A stretch of DNA of 64,000 bases from Calditrichaceae bacterium (GCA_050173015.1 JBFXLE010000002.1:160001-224000); one strand, 5' to 3'. Shown: positions 10,133 through 20,352, counted from the first letter of the stretch. Notes: a model not told the origin generated them from the sequence alone. Numbers and translations: made by a program.

Positions 10133-10135
10133 CCA

Positions 10136-10987
10136 ATGAATGAAAGCAATTCCAATCTATCTATATTTGAACAGCTTAGAAATATTCGCATTGAGCAAAA
10201 AGTTGATTTGAACGATGTTTCGCAAAAAAGCCGTATTCAGTTGAAATATCTGGAAGCAATTGAAGCCGGTGATATTGAACAAATTCCGGAAGTTTATGAT
10301 AAACTTTTTTTTCAAACCTATCTGTCCTTTCTTAGTGTAGAGAATCCTAAATACTTCCTTGATGAGTATCAAAAGCTAAGAAAGCAGTCGAAAATTTCTC
10401 ATCCTACGACAACTATTAGAAGAATTACGACATCATCAATTGAACCCGATGGGCTATTTAGTTTAAAAAAAGTGCTTTTTTTGCTGCCGGTGGTTATTTT
10501 GGTAGTTATTATAGCATTCATGGCCTTTCACTCTGAAAAGGTTGAAACTCCCGATTCTGATACAGTAAAGGAACTCTCTGTGCGGGATGTGGTTAATGAG
10601 ATTGAAGCAAAAAACATTCCGGTTGTTGATACCAGCATGACGGTTACAGAGGAAAAGCCGGTAAAACCAGCATCCGAAAGCGTGCAGGTTGATCTGAACG
10701 CGACTGAGCTTACCTGGCTGCGATTCATCAAGGATGCTGCAGATACAACAGAATATACTCTGATCCCCGGAAACAAGTTGAGGATCAATGCTGACTCGAC
10801 CCTTGTTTTCGTTGTTGGTAATGCGGGAGGGGTAAATTTTACGATAAACGGAAAAGACGAGGGCGCATTGGGTAAATCCGCTGAAGTAATTGTGTATTTA
10901 AAAATTACAAGTAAGGGTATTGTGGGAAAAACCATGAAACAGATTACCAAAAAGGACGTGACGAATGATTCGCTTGTTGTCAATTAG
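10136..10987 (+). CDS. rodZ: RodZ-like cytoskeleton protein (HTH - TM - DUF4115)
   Basis: N-terminal HTH (RIQLKYLEAIEAG), one TM helix, C-terminal VGNAGGV..TING motif. Confidence 0.8.
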   Translation: MNESNSNLSIFEQLRNIRIEQKVDLNDVSQKSRIQLKYLEAIEAGDIEQIPEVYDKLFFQTYLSFLSVENPKYFLDEYQKLRKQSKISHPTTTIRRITTSSIEPDGLFSLKKVLFLLPVVILVVIIAFMAFHSEKVETPDSDTVKELSVRDVVNEIEAKNIPVVDTSMTVTEEKPVKPASESVQVDLNATELTWLRFIKDAADTTEYTLIPGNKLRINADSTLVFVVGNAGGVNFTINGKDEGALGKSAEVIVYLKITSKGIVGKTMKQITKKDVTNDSLVVN

Positions 10988-11483
10988 CCTAATGGTGATG
11001 TCTGTATTATTTAGCTGTAACAGGTCATCCATGAATCAATTACGCACACAAAAAATCATACGAAATGATATAAAAATGTTATACGGCAAATCTTCGATGG
11101 AACAAATCTACTTCGATTACCCCGAATGGAAACTCAGAGAAGAAAATTATCATCCGGATGAAAGCACCATTGAAGAATTGAAAGGGATATCAGGAAATTA
11201 TAAGATTGATATATTTCTTGGAACCTGGTGCAGTGACAGTGAGAGAGAAGTACCCAGATTTTATAAAGTCCTGAAAAATTCATCGCTTGATAAAAAAATA
11301 AAATTAAATATCTGGGCTGTAGACCGAAAGAAAAATTTGGAAAACGATCTGCCTAAACAGGTTGGATTGGAACTTGTACCCACATTTATAATCATTAAAG
11401 ACGGGAATGAAATCGGCCGCATTATCGAAACGCCGGCCAATACATTGGAAATGGATATTCTGCAAATATTACAGCAATTATAA
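10965..11483 (+). CDS. Thioredoxin-family lipoprotein (WCxDS)
   Basis: Lipobox LFSC; FLGTWCSDS, VPTFI, EIGRIIE. Confidence 0.8.
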   Translation: MIRLLSISLMVMSVLFSCNRSSMNQLRTQKIIRNDIKMLYGKSSMEQIYFDYPEWKLREENYHPDESTIEELKGISGNYKIDIFLGTWCSDSEREVPRFYKVLKNSSLDKKIKLNIWAVDRKKNLENDLPKQVGLELVPTFIIIKDGNEIGRIIETPANTLEMDILQILQQL

Positions 11484-11598
11484 AATATGTTAACGGGTCA
11501 GTATTCACCGTTGATTTGTTAGATTAACAAAATTCGAATTTATTCTGAAAAAACCATTAAATTAATTTCAGAATGGCGGGTTATTTAAATATAGAGGC

Positions 11599-11904
11599 AT
11601 GAAAATGGGGAAGAAAAACCATAAAAAACAGCAGATCAGGAAACAACAATCTGAACCTGAGGTTGAAAAGGAAGAAACAACCAGACCGGAAGTCGAAAAT
11701 CTCTATAAAAAAATCATACGCGCAATGAGTTGGATTGTGGGTTTTTGTTTTATAATGATTATTATTCTTCCTGAATTTAATTCGGCATTGCTGGATAAGA
11801 TCACAAAAATATTATTTTATATAGGGATCATAAATTTGCTGGTTTTCACAGTTATAGAATTTGTAAGCAATAGCTTTAAGAAGACATTGAGTAAATTAGT
11901 GTAA
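11599..11904 (+). CDS. Small hypothetical membrane protein (2 TM)
   Basis: GAGG RBS, charged N-terminus, two hydrophobic helices. Confidence 0.7.
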   Translation: MKMGKKNHKKQQIRKQQSEPEVEKEETTRPEVENLYKKIIRAMSWIVGFCFIMIIILPEFNSALLDKITKILFYIGIINLLVFTVIEFVSNSFKKTLSKLV

Positions 11905-11909
11905 AACAG

Positions 11910-13469
11910 ATGACTCATAATATTTTAATTATTGATGATGACGCTGATATCAGAGAAACTCTTTCGACTATTTTAACTTCTGAATCATACAATGTATTCA
12001 GTTGCGGGTCTTCCGTTGAGGGCAACGAACTGCTAAAGCATACCAATTTTTCCACCATCATCGTGGATATTTTTTTACCGGATCTCAATGGAATAGATTT
12101 TATTAAAAACCGTCAAAAAGATAAAAATGTTATACCTGTAATTATCATAACCGGTAGTTCGGAACTAAATTATGCCCGTGAAGCAATCAGATTGAAAGTC
12201 TATGATTATCTGGTTAAACCCTTTAAAAACAGTCATTTTCTTCAGGTTGTAAGAAATGCTGTTCTACAGTTTCAATTAGAAGAAGAAAAAAGAATTCTCG
12301 AACAACAAAAATCCTTCTATCAGGAAGAGCTTGAAACAATTGTGCAACAAAAAATATCCCAGCTCAAGGAATCGGAAATAAAATATTCAAATCTGGTGGA
12401 ACAGTCACTGATAGGAGTTTATCTTGTCCAGAATGATGTGTTCAAGTATGTCAATGAAAAATTTTGTGAAATATTCGGTTATTCCAGTGAGGAACTTATA
12501 AATCTAAAAGGGATCATGGATCTTGCTGTTCCTGAGAATCAGGAGATGATCAGGGAAATGTTTACGCACGGACTTTACGATAATAACGGCTCTGCAGACA
12601 ATCTGACATTTCATGCGATAACAAAAACCGGAGACCGGCTCGTTCTTGAAGCTTGGGCCGGTATTGTACAGTACAATGGAGAATCGGCAATCGAGGGGAT
12701 TTTTGTTGATATTACAGAAAAGCACAATTTTAAGGAAAGAGAAGAGCAGTTACAGTTGGAACTTCTTAATGAGAATAAATTAGCGGCAATCGGGCAACTG
12801 GCAACGGGAATTGCTCACAATTTAAATACACCGATCTCAATTATTCAGGGGAATGCCGAACTACTCAAATTAAAATACGATGAAGCTATCGAGATCGATA
12901 AAATATTAAAGCAGACCGCAAGGATGTCTGACCTGATAAATACGATATTGACGAAGGGACGTAAAGAACAGGATACGAGAGATAGAATTCTGGATATCAA
13001 TGAGATTCTAAAAGATGAACTGGATTTTCTGGATGCCAATCTTTATTTCAAGCATCATATTGAAAAAGAGTATCATTTTGAAAAGGACTTACCCAGAATC
13101 AGAGGCGTTTATTCTGATTTCTCCCAGAGTATACACAATATCCTGCAGAACTCTATTGACGCCATGCGCGAGACCAAAATCCGGGAATTAACCATAATTA
13201 CCAGGAGCGAGAAGGACTATATTTGCATCATCATTAAAGATACGGGAAGCGGAATGACAGAGGATGTACAACAAAAATTATATGTTCCCTTTTTTACAAC
13301 TAAATCTCCTCTGAATGATGCGAATCAGAATAGTGAAATTCCCCATGGAACAGGACTGGGATTATCAATGACTTATAATCTTCTTAAACCGTATGGTGTA
13401 AAAATAGATTACTCTACTAAATTAAACAAAGGCACCGAATTTATCATTAGAATCCCGCTTAACAGATAA
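11910..13469 (+). CDS. Hybrid sensor kinase REC-PAS-HisKA-HATPase (cytoplasmic)
   Basis: ILIIDDD..DIFLP..YLVKPF receiver; PAS (YVNEKFCEIFGYS); IAHNLNTP H-box; N box, DTGSGM, FFTTK, GTGLGL. Confidence 0.9.
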   Translation: MTHNILIIDDDADIRETLSTILTSESYNVFSCGSSVEGNELLKHTNFSTIIVDIFLPDLNGIDFIKNRQKDKNVIPVIIITGSSELNYAREAIRLKVYDYLVKPFKNSHFLQVVRNAVLQFQLEEEKRILEQQKSFYQEELETIVQQKISQLKESEIKYSNLVEQSLIGVYLVQNDVFKYVNEKFCEIFGYSSEELINLKGIMDLAVPENQEMIREMFTHGLYDNNGSADNLTFHAITKTGDRLVLEAWAGIVQYNGESAIEGIFVDITEKHNFKEREEQLQLELLNENKLAAIGQLATGIAHNLNTPISIIQGNAELLKLKYDEAIEIDKILKQTARMSDLINTILTKGRKEQDTRDRILDINEILKDELDFLDANLYFKHHIEKEYHFEKDLPRIRGVYSDFSQSIHNILQNSIDAMRETKIRELTIITRSEKDYICIIIKDTGSGMTEDVQQKLYVPFFTTKSPLNDANQNSEIPHGTGLGLSMTYNLLKPYGVKIDYSTKLNKGTEFIIRIPLNR

Positions 13470-13509
13470 TTCATTTCTCCATAATATTATTCATGCCCAA
13501 TAATAATTC

Positions 13510-13538
13510 TTGAAAATTATAAAATGTTGTTTTACATT
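13510..13538 (+). promoter_or_regulatory. Putative sigma70 promoter
   Basis: TTGAAA-17 nt-TACATT upstream of hldA. Confidence 0.5.
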
Positions 13539-13573
13539 TGTTTATGCTGATTATTTAAAGTGGAGAAGGAAAT

Positions 13574-14566
13574 TTGATTTCTATAGATAAAGACCGAATA
13601 AAAAAAATTTTTGAAAATTTTCAGAATAAAAAAATCCTTGTTTTGGGTGATGTGATGATTGATGAGTATCTTTTAGGATATGTAAATCGAATGTCCCCCG
13701 AAGCGCCGGTTCCGGTCATTGAGATTGAAAATGAGCTGCTAAAGTTTGGCGGGGCCGCGAATGTAGCCCTGAATTTAAAATCCCTGGGTTGTGAACCCAT
13801 TCTTACAGGACTTATAGGACAGGATAGAATGGGAGACATGTTCATGGAGCTGATGCGGGAAAATGATATGGATGTTAATGGGATCATTCGTTCCGGGAAC
13901 AGGCCAACGACTGTCAAAACCAGAATTATTGGCAATAATCAACACATTGCCCGAGTGGATAAGGAACACAGAGAGTATGTTGCGGGTCCGGTGATTAAAG
14001 AAATCAAACAGCATATAGATGAGTTACTGCGGGGAATCGACGCGATTGTTATTCAGGACTACAACAAGGGTATGCTGCCGGTTGAGATCATTGAGTTTGC
14101 TTTAGAAATTGCAAAGGAAAGAAATATAATCACGACTGTCGATCCGAAATTCATTAATTTTTTGTCTTATAAAAACACATCAGTTTTTAAACCAAATATT
14201 AAGGAAGCCGCGCAGGCTCTTGCCAGAGTGATAGAGACTGATGATGATGTGTTGGCCGCCGGTAGTGAACTGTTGAAAATCCTGAACGCCGGCAGTATCC
14301 TGCTTACACGAGGTCCGAAGGGATTGTCTCTTTTTGAAGCAAACGGAGAAATAAGTCACATACCGACCCGCGCGAGAAAAGTTGCTGACGTTTCAGGCGC
14401 CGGGGATACGGTGATAAGTACAATGACAGCTGCGCTTGTCGGAAACGCTTCATATAAAGAAGCGGCGTATTTTGCTAATAGCGCGGCCGGAATTGTTTGT
14501 GAAGAAGTGGGTATTGTAGCGATTGAGAAACAGAGATTGTTAAATAATATTCTGGATTCGGAGTAG
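13574..14566 (+). CDS. hldA: D-glycero-beta-D-manno-heptose-7-phosphate kinase (RfaE domain I)
   Basis: GDVMIDEY, RMSPEAPVPV, GGAANVA, DYNKG, DVSGAGDTV. Confidence 0.93.
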   Translation: MISIDKDRIKKIFENFQNKKILVLGDVMIDEYLLGYVNRMSPEAPVPVIEIENELLKFGGAANVALNLKSLGCEPILTGLIGQDRMGDMFMELMRENDMDVNGIIRSGNRPTTVKTRIIGNNQHIARVDKEHREYVAGPVIKEIKQHIDELLRGIDAIVIQDYNKGMLPVEIIEFALEIAKERNIITTVDPKFINFLSYKNTSVFKPNIKEAAQALARVIETDDDVLAAGSELLKILNAGSILLTRGPKGLSLFEANGEISHIPTRARKVADVSGAGDTVISTMTAALVGNASYKEAAYFANSAAGIVCEEVGIVAIEKQRLLNNILDSE

Positions 14567-14569
14567 TTA

Positions 14570-15052
14570 TTGAATTTAATAATTCCGTCAAATGAAATAA
14601 CAGAACTTATTCAAAAGTTTAGAGAAGAAAAGAACTACTCGATTGCATTCACCAATGGATGCTTTGATATTTTGCATCGAGGTCATGTAGTTTACCTTGA
14701 GAAGGCCAAAGAATATGCATCGATATTAATTGTTGGTTTAAACTCCGATGATTCGGTACGCCGTTTAAAAGGAGAGGGGAGACCCTTAATGTCTGAGGAA
14801 GACAGGGCATTTATACTGTCAAGACTGGAATCGGTGGACATCGTTTGTATTTTTGAAGAAGACACGCCGTATGAATTGATAAAAAAAATTCATCCGGATA
14901 TTTTAGTAAAGGGCGGGGATTATCGTGTCGAAGATATTGTAGGTAGAGATATCGTCGAGGAAAGCGGGGGCAAAGTATTAACAATCCCCCTGGTTCCGGG
15001 ACGCTCAACAACTAGCATTGTTAATAAAGCAAATAAACAAATTAAAGATTGA
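14570..15052 (+). CDS. hldC: D-glycero-beta-D-manno-heptose 1-phosphate adenylyltransferase (RfaE domain II)
   Basis: FTNGCFDILHRGH, GLNSDDSVRRLKG, LVKGGDY, STT. Confidence 0.95.
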   Translation: MNLIIPSNEITELIQKFREEKNYSIAFTNGCFDILHRGHVVYLEKAKEYASILIVGLNSDDSVRRLKGEGRPLMSEEDRAFILSRLESVDIVCIFEEDTPYELIKKIHPDILVKGGDYRVEDIVGRDIVEESGGKVLTIPLVPGRSTTSIVNKANKQIKD

Positions 15053-16935
15053 AACGAAAAAAGGAAACGCCAGTGATAAAGAAATCCTTTCCGATTCTTG
15101 CAATTTTGATTGCATTATTCATCGGTTCATGTCAAACGACAAAACTGCAGAAACCAGTTGCCGCTGACCGGAACTATCTCAGTTCTTTTCCCGATAATAT
15201 CTGGGTTTCCGAAGAAGTTAATTCCAGACTTGATTCTTTGTTCTTCTACTTCAATCAAGCGCAGAGAAAACTAAGCGATCATGATACGATGGGGGCGGAA
15301 ATATATTTTGATTATTCATTCGAGCTTCAGTCAAAATTCACGGATCAGGATCGCGCCACATTGACAAATTGGGCGGCTTATGATTCAATGATGCATCTCA
15401 TCAATGATGCTTACGAACGACTCTATACACAAAAAGAAATTGATATGGCGGCCGAAGAGATAAGGGAGGATATCACTGAATTTGAAGAATCGTTTTACGC
15501 GGATTCGGTTTTGTTCGGAGACGGGACGGTCATCGATTCAAGCGGTATGCTTCCGATTACTTTAAATGATAAGGTTAGGCTTGCCATCAAATATTTTCAA
15601 ACAAAGGGCAGACCCGTATTTACGCGTTGGCTGGAGAGAAGCGGAAAATACGAGCCGATGGTTCGGGAAATACTGCGAGAAAAGAATCTACCTGAAGATT
15701 TAGTTTATCTCGCGATGATAGAAAGTGGATTTAATCCTCACGCTTATTCATACGCCCGGGCTGCCGGTATGTGGCAGTTTATATCAGCAACAGGCCGCTA
15801 CTATGGGTTAAGACATGACTGGTGGTTCGATGAGCGCAGGGACTATTTTAAAGCAACCATCGCGGCGGCAGAACATCTGGATGATCTATATGAACGGTTT
15901 GATGACTGGTATCTCGCGCTGGCCGGATATAATTGTAATCCTAAAAAAGTTGAAAAGAATATGCGCAGATATGATACAAGGGACTTTTGGCAATTAAGGA
16001 GCCTGCCAAGACAAACACGGAATTATGTCCCTACTTTTCTGGCGGCTACAATTATAGCGAAGGATCCGGAAAAATTTGGTTTTTATGTCGATAAACAAGA
16101 TCCAATAGAAATTGATATGGTCGAGATCTCAGAATCGATAGATCTGAATGTGGTGGCTAAGGCGGTTGATACTACATATTCCTTCATTAAAGAAATTAAT
16201 CCGGCAGTGTTGCGCTGGGTAACGCCTCCTGGAGTAAAAGACTTTATTCTCTACCTTCCAAAAGGCAAGGCGCAGCAGTTTAAGGAAAAATACGCGAGTT
16301 TGCCTGATGATGAGAAGAGATCATGGGTTCGTCATCAAATACAAAGCGGGCAAACTCTTTCGACAATCGCTCAAAAATATCACACAAGTATCGATGTTAT
16401 AAGATCAACAAATAATCTATCAGGAAATATTATTAGAGCAGGTCATTATTTATTAATTCCTGTTCCGCAAAATAGCACTCATTTCAAATATTCGTCCGTC
16501 TCATATTCTCAATCATCCAAACCGAAACGGCAATCCAGGCCCAAATCGGTAGTTACAAATGTGCCGGGACATAAGAAAATTATTTATGAAGTTAAAAGCG
16601 GTAACACTCTTGGAGAAATTGCCGAGCTTTTCAATACCAGAGCAAGCAAAATCAGGTCGTGGAACGGCTTAAGTTATGGTTCGTATATATATCCAAAGCA
16701 GAAACTGGTAATTTGGATACCGGAAGACATGGATGAAATCAGGCAGAATATAAAAAAAGAAATCGTGACCGTATCCAGCAACGAATCGGGGAATTACTAC
16801 ACTGTTCGTTCCGGCGATACATTGTGGGATATAGCTAAAAAATACGGCATTTCTATCAAGGAAATAAGAAAATTAAACAACCTTAACAATTCGTTGATAA
16901 AACCGGGTGACCGCTTAAAAGTCAGTTCCAATTAG
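15049..16935 (+). CDS. mltD: MltD-like lytic transglycosylase lipoprotein (SLT + 3 LysM)
   Basis: Lipobox FIGSC; LAMIESGF, AAGMWQF, LAGYNC, TRNYVP; three LysM repeats. Confidence 0.9.
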   Translation: MKRKKETPVIKKSFPILAILIALFIGSCQTTKLQKPVAADRNYLSSFPDNIWVSEEVNSRLDSLFFYFNQAQRKLSDHDTMGAEIYFDYSFELQSKFTDQDRATLTNWAAYDSMMHLINDAYERLYTQKEIDMAAEEIREDITEFEESFYADSVLFGDGTVIDSSGMLPITLNDKVRLAIKYFQTKGRPVFTRWLERSGKYEPMVREILREKNLPEDLVYLAMIESGFNPHAYSYARAAGMWQFISATGRYYGLRHDWWFDERRDYFKATIAAAEHLDDLYERFDDWYLALAGYNCNPKKVEKNMRRYDTRDFWQLRSLPRQTRNYVPTFLAATIIAKDPEKFGFYVDKQDPIEIDMVEISESIDLNVVAKAVDTTYSFIKEINPAVLRWVTPPGVKDFILYLPKGKAQQFKEKYASLPDDEKRSWVRHQIQSGQTLSTIAQKYHTSIDVIRSTNNLSGNIIRAGHYLLIPVPQNSTHFKYSSVSYSQSSKPKRQSRPKSVVTNVPGHKKIIYEVKSGNTLGEIAELFNTRASKIRSWNGLSYGSYIYPKQKLVIWIPEDMDEIRQNIKKEIVTVSSNESGNYYTVRSGDTLWDIAKKYGISIKEIRKLNNLNNSLIKPGDRLKVSSN

Positions 16936-17005
16936 CTTATAATAAAATTGACTTTTAATGTACAAATTGATTAAATTACAAACCTTTATTGAACTTGATC
17001 GATAT

Positions 17006-17746
17006 ATGATGAATAAAACTGAAACTAAATATTGCAGGATTTGCGGCGCTGAGAATCTGACAGACGCAGTTTATTGTATGAAATGCGGCAAGAAACTAGC
17101 CACGCCCGGGAGTAAATCAGCCAAAACAACCGGTTCCGGTAAAAAAGATGTGAAAACTTCACCGGTAAACTCATATACAATCATTGCAATCGCATTTGTT
17201 TTTGCTGTGACAATCATCCTGATTATTTTCAGAAGCAACAGAATGCGGTTAACGGAGAAACTCGAAGCAGCAGGCATCACAAGTACACAATCCACTGCTC
17301 CGGGGAGTCAGCCAGATTCAGATGTTATGAATCATCTTAGGGATCTCCAGCAGGCATTGCTAAGTGATCCGGATAACTATGATCTTAACATTCAGGCAGG
17401 TAATAGTTATTTTGATATCGGGAGGTTCGAATCTGCTATCGTTCATTATAAACAGGCGTTAAAAACTAAAAGTACCGATTCAAATGTCCTGATAGATCTT
17501 GGAGTTTCATTCTTTAATGTCAATCAACCGGATTCATCTTTGTATTATATGAATCGCGCATTGGAGATTAACCCGACTCATTTACAGGGATTGTACAATA
17601 CTGGAATTGTAAACTATAATATTGGTAAGGTTGATGTAGCTGTTTCCTTTTGGCAAAAGCTGATTTCAATTCATCCGGAAAGCAGGGAATCCCAGGCAGC
17701 GAGGCAGTTTATTGAACAAATAAAAAGTCAATCACAAAGTGGATAA
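17006..17746 (+). CDS. Zinc-ribbon - TM - TPR protein
   Basis: CRICG..CMKCG ribbon, one TM, several TPR repeats; start moved downstream of a promoter-like TTGACT..TAAATT at 16948-16977. Confidence 0.8.
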   Translation: MMNKTETKYCRICGAENLTDAVYCMKCGKKLATPGSKSAKTTGSGKKDVKTSPVNSYTIIAIAFVFAVTIILIIFRSNRMRLTEKLEAAGITSTQSTAPGSQPDSDVMNHLRDLQQALLSDPDNYDLNIQAGNSYFDIGRFESAIVHYKQALKTKSTDSNVLIDLGVSFFNVNQPDSSLYYMNRALEINPTHLQGLYNTGIVNYNIGKVDVAVSFWQKLISIHPESRESQAARQFIEQIKSQSQSG

Positions 17747-17783
17747 TATTAAACATCGCATAAATTAACAGGAGATCTAATCT

Positions 17784-17879
17784 ATGCCCAGTGGTAAGAA
17801 AAGAAAACGCTCGAAGATGGCGACTCACAAAAGGAAGAAAAGACTTAGAAAGAATCGCCATAAAAAGAAAAATCGCTAA
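17784..17879 (+). CDS. 30S ribosomal protein bS22-like (AURKAIP1/COX24, mS38 family), 31 aa
   Basis: AGGAGA RBS; MPSGKKRKRSKMATHKRKKRLRKNRHKKKNR*; followed by a terminator; absent from the ORF track. Confidence 0.88.
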   Translation: MPSGKKRKRSKMATHKRKKRLRKNRHKKKNR

Positions 17880-17888
17880 TTTCAATAG

Positions 17889-17915
17889 AAGGTTCATTAA
17901 AATGAGCCTTTTTTT
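17889..17915 (+). terminator. Rho-independent terminator
   Basis: AAGGTTCATT-AA-AATGAGCCTT followed by poly-T. Confidence 0.75.
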
Positions 17916-17945
17916 ATTTCAATATGAATAGTTTGGAATTCCGAG

Positions 17946-19148
17946 ATGAGTGAATCAAATATCTACAGTGTCGGTGAAATTACGCGGACAATCAAATTAT
18001 TGATCGAAGAAAATATTCCCACTCTCTGGATCGAAGGAGAAGTTTCAAATTTTAAACCTCATTATTCCGGTCATTTTTATTTTACCTTAAAGGATAGTGT
18101 ATCACAGATATCTGCCGTTATGTGGTCATCGCGCGCCACTAAGATAGATTTTGACCTGGAGGACGGGATGTTGGTACAAGCCTTGGGAAATGTTCGTCTT
18201 TGGGAGAAATCAGGCCGCTATCAGTTTGATGTTCTTAGAATGCAACCGGCCGGAATCGGTCAGCTCCAGATGGCATTCGAAAGGCTAAAACAAAAACTCC
18301 AGACGGAGGGTCTTTTTGACCCCGAACATAAAAAAACCTTGCCTCCATATCCGCATAAAATAGGGATTGTAACTTCATCTACAGGTGCCGCCATTAAGGA
18401 TATTATCAATGTTTTGAAACGCAGGGCGCCTCATGTGGAAATCATTGTCAGATCCGCTAAGGTACAGGGAGAAGGCGCGGCAGAAGACATCGCTGAAGCG
18501 GTCAGAGAGTTCAATCGATATAAGAATGTCGATATTCTAATTGTCGGCCGCGGTGGTGGTTCGCTGGAAGATTTGTGGCCATTTAATGAAGAAGTCGTTG
18601 CGCGCGCGATTTATGAATCAGAAATACCGGTGGTGTCCGCTGTGGGGCATGAAATCGACTTCACCATTTCCGATTTTGTGGCTGATTTACGGGCGCCTAC
18701 CCCATCCGCGGCCGCAGAATTAGTCGTTCCCGATTATCATGAACTAAGAAATAAAATCCTCGAATATTACCATCGTCTTTATTCAGGCATGGAAGACCGG
18801 ATTGAGTATAACAGGGAGAAGATTATATTCTTTCAAAAAAGTTATGGAATGCGCCGTCCGGATGATTTGATTAGACAATATATGGTTCAGATTGATGACA
18901 TTAATCTCAGAATTAGCCAAGGGGTCAAAAATCTGCTTTTCAGGAAAAGTGAATATGTCAATCAGATGTCGCATCGGTTGACCAACCTGAATCCCAAAAA
19001 AGTACTCGAACGAGGTTATAGTATTTCGTATATTGACGGTGAAATTATTAAGAATGCGGAACAGGTTACCGCGGGAAGAGAACTGGAGACGCAATTATTC
19101 AAGGGTAGAGTGACGAGTATCGTAAGCAAGACAAAAAAGGACGAATGA
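17946..19148 (+). CDS. xseA: Exodeoxyribonuclease VII large subunit
   Basis: WIEGEVSNF..SGHFYFTLKD, GRGGGSLEDLW, VGHEID, APTPSAAAE, LERGYS. Confidence 0.97.
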   Translation: MSESNIYSVGEITRTIKLLIEENIPTLWIEGEVSNFKPHYSGHFYFTLKDSVSQISAVMWSSRATKIDFDLEDGMLVQALGNVRLWEKSGRYQFDVLRMQPAGIGQLQMAFERLKQKLQTEGLFDPEHKKTLPPYPHKIGIVTSSTGAAIKDIINVLKRRAPHVEIIVRSAKVQGEGAAEDIAEAVREFNRYKNVDILIVGRGGGSLEDLWPFNEEVVARAIYESEIPVVSAVGHEIDFTISDFVADLRAPTPSAAAELVVPDYHELRNKILEYYHRLYSGMEDRIEYNREKIIFFQKSYGMRRPDDLIRQYMVQIDDINLRISQGVKNLLFRKSEYVNQMSHRLTNLNPKKVLERGYSISYIDGEIIKNAEQVTAGRELETQLFKGRVTSIVSKTKKDE

Positions 19149-19152
19149 AAAT

Positions 19153-19374
19153 ATGGCATCAAAAAAAATGACATTTGAGTCGGCATTGCAGCGTCTCGAA
19201 GAAATTGTTGAGCAGGCAGAAAAAGGTGAAATAAGTCTGGATGAGAGCCTGAAAATGTTTGAAGAAGGAAGCAATTTGATAAAATACTGTCTGAAGAGCT
19301 TAGATGCTGCAGAAAAAAAGATTCAACTGCTAAGCAAAGGGGATAAAGAAGAATTCCAGTTGGACTTACTTTGA
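19153..19374 (+). CDS. xseB: Exodeoxyribonuclease VII small subunit
   Basis: FESALQRLEEIV..GEISLDESLKMFEEG..C...L..AEKKI. Confidence 0.95.
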   Translation: MASKKMTFESALQRLEEIVEQAEKGEISLDESLKMFEEGSNLIKYCLKSLDAAEKKIQLLSKGDKEEFQLDLL

Positions 19375-19402
19375 GCATCTCGTTTAAAAGGAGAGACCGG
19401 TC

Positions 19403-20308
19403 ATTTTAAAAAAGACTATTGGGTTGATCTTAAACCCGAGAAAAGAACAGGTTCAGGCGCCGCTTGATGAGCTTAATGCCTGGATAGAAAAATTTTCCCC
19501 GGAAGCCAATTTCCTGCTTTGTACCTATGACTCTAAATATATAACACATGAGTTGAGGGAATTTAAACGGGTCGGAGAGACGGAATTATTTAATAAATCT
19601 GATCTCGTCGTGACGCTTGGTGGTGATGGCACCATATTAAGGACTGTTCATCAAATGGGGCCGGATTCGAAACCAGTACTGGGAGTAAACCTCGGCGGTC
19701 TCGGTTTTTTAGCAGAAACACATCCGGAAAATATTGTACATCATGTCAAGGCTTATTTGGATGATACTTTTTTTATAGACCAGCGAACACTGCTAAAATG
19801 TACTGAAAATAAAAGCGGTGATACTTTTTATGCATTTAATGATATCGTTTTCGATAAAGCCGGATTTTCAAGGGTCATTGAGATAGTTACAAAGGTGGAT
19901 GACTGTCTCCTGAACTCATATATTGCAGACGGTTTGATTCTCTCGACTCCCACCGGCTCAACAGGATATTCTTTATCGGGGGGAGGCCCGATTGTTGTAC
20001 CGCAGACAAATGTATTTATAATAAACCCTATCTGCCCGCATTCACTGACCAACCGACCGGTCGTGGTTCCGGACGAAAGCGCAATTTCCATACAGGTATT
20101 TACCGAATTTGATAAGATAAATCTATTTTGTGATGGACAAAGAGAAAAAAGCTACTCCAGCGGCACATCTTTTGTAATTCAGAAAGGTGAATACAAGGCA
20201 AATCTTGTAAAAATGAAACCGCAGGGCTTTTATGAAACCCTGCGGAATAAACTAGGTTGGGGAGATGATTTTCGCGACAAGAATCGCTGGTCCTACCAAA
20301 AAAAATAA
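19403..20308 (+). CDS. nadK: NAD kinase (probable ATT start at 19403; first canonical start TTG 19424)
   Basis: LGGDGTIL, GVNLGGLGFL, ND, ADGLILSTPTGSTGYSLSGGGP, PICPHSL, KLGWG. Confidence 0.95.
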   Translation: MLKKTIGLILNPRKEQVQAPLDELNAWIEKFSPEANFLLCTYDSKYITHELREFKRVGETELFNKSDLVVTLGGDGTILRTVHQMGPDSKPVLGVNLGGLGFLAETHPENIVHHVKAYLDDTFFIDQRTLLKCTENKSGDTFYAFNDIVFDKAGFSRVIEIVTKVDDCLLNSYIADGLILSTPTGSTGYSLSGGGPIVVPQTNVFIINPICPHSLTNRPVVVPDESAISIQVFTEFDKINLFCDGQREKSYSSGTSFVIQKGEYKANLVKMKPQGFYETLRNKLGWGDDFRDKNRWSYQKK

Positions 20309-20352
20309 TCCTAGACATTCATGACAACTTACCGGGAGATTCTTTAATCCGG

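Noticed and set aside
17709..17897. 62-aa hydrophobic minus-strand ORF
   Set aside because: Shadow of the Lys/Arg-rich bS22-like gene, which has the RBS and terminator
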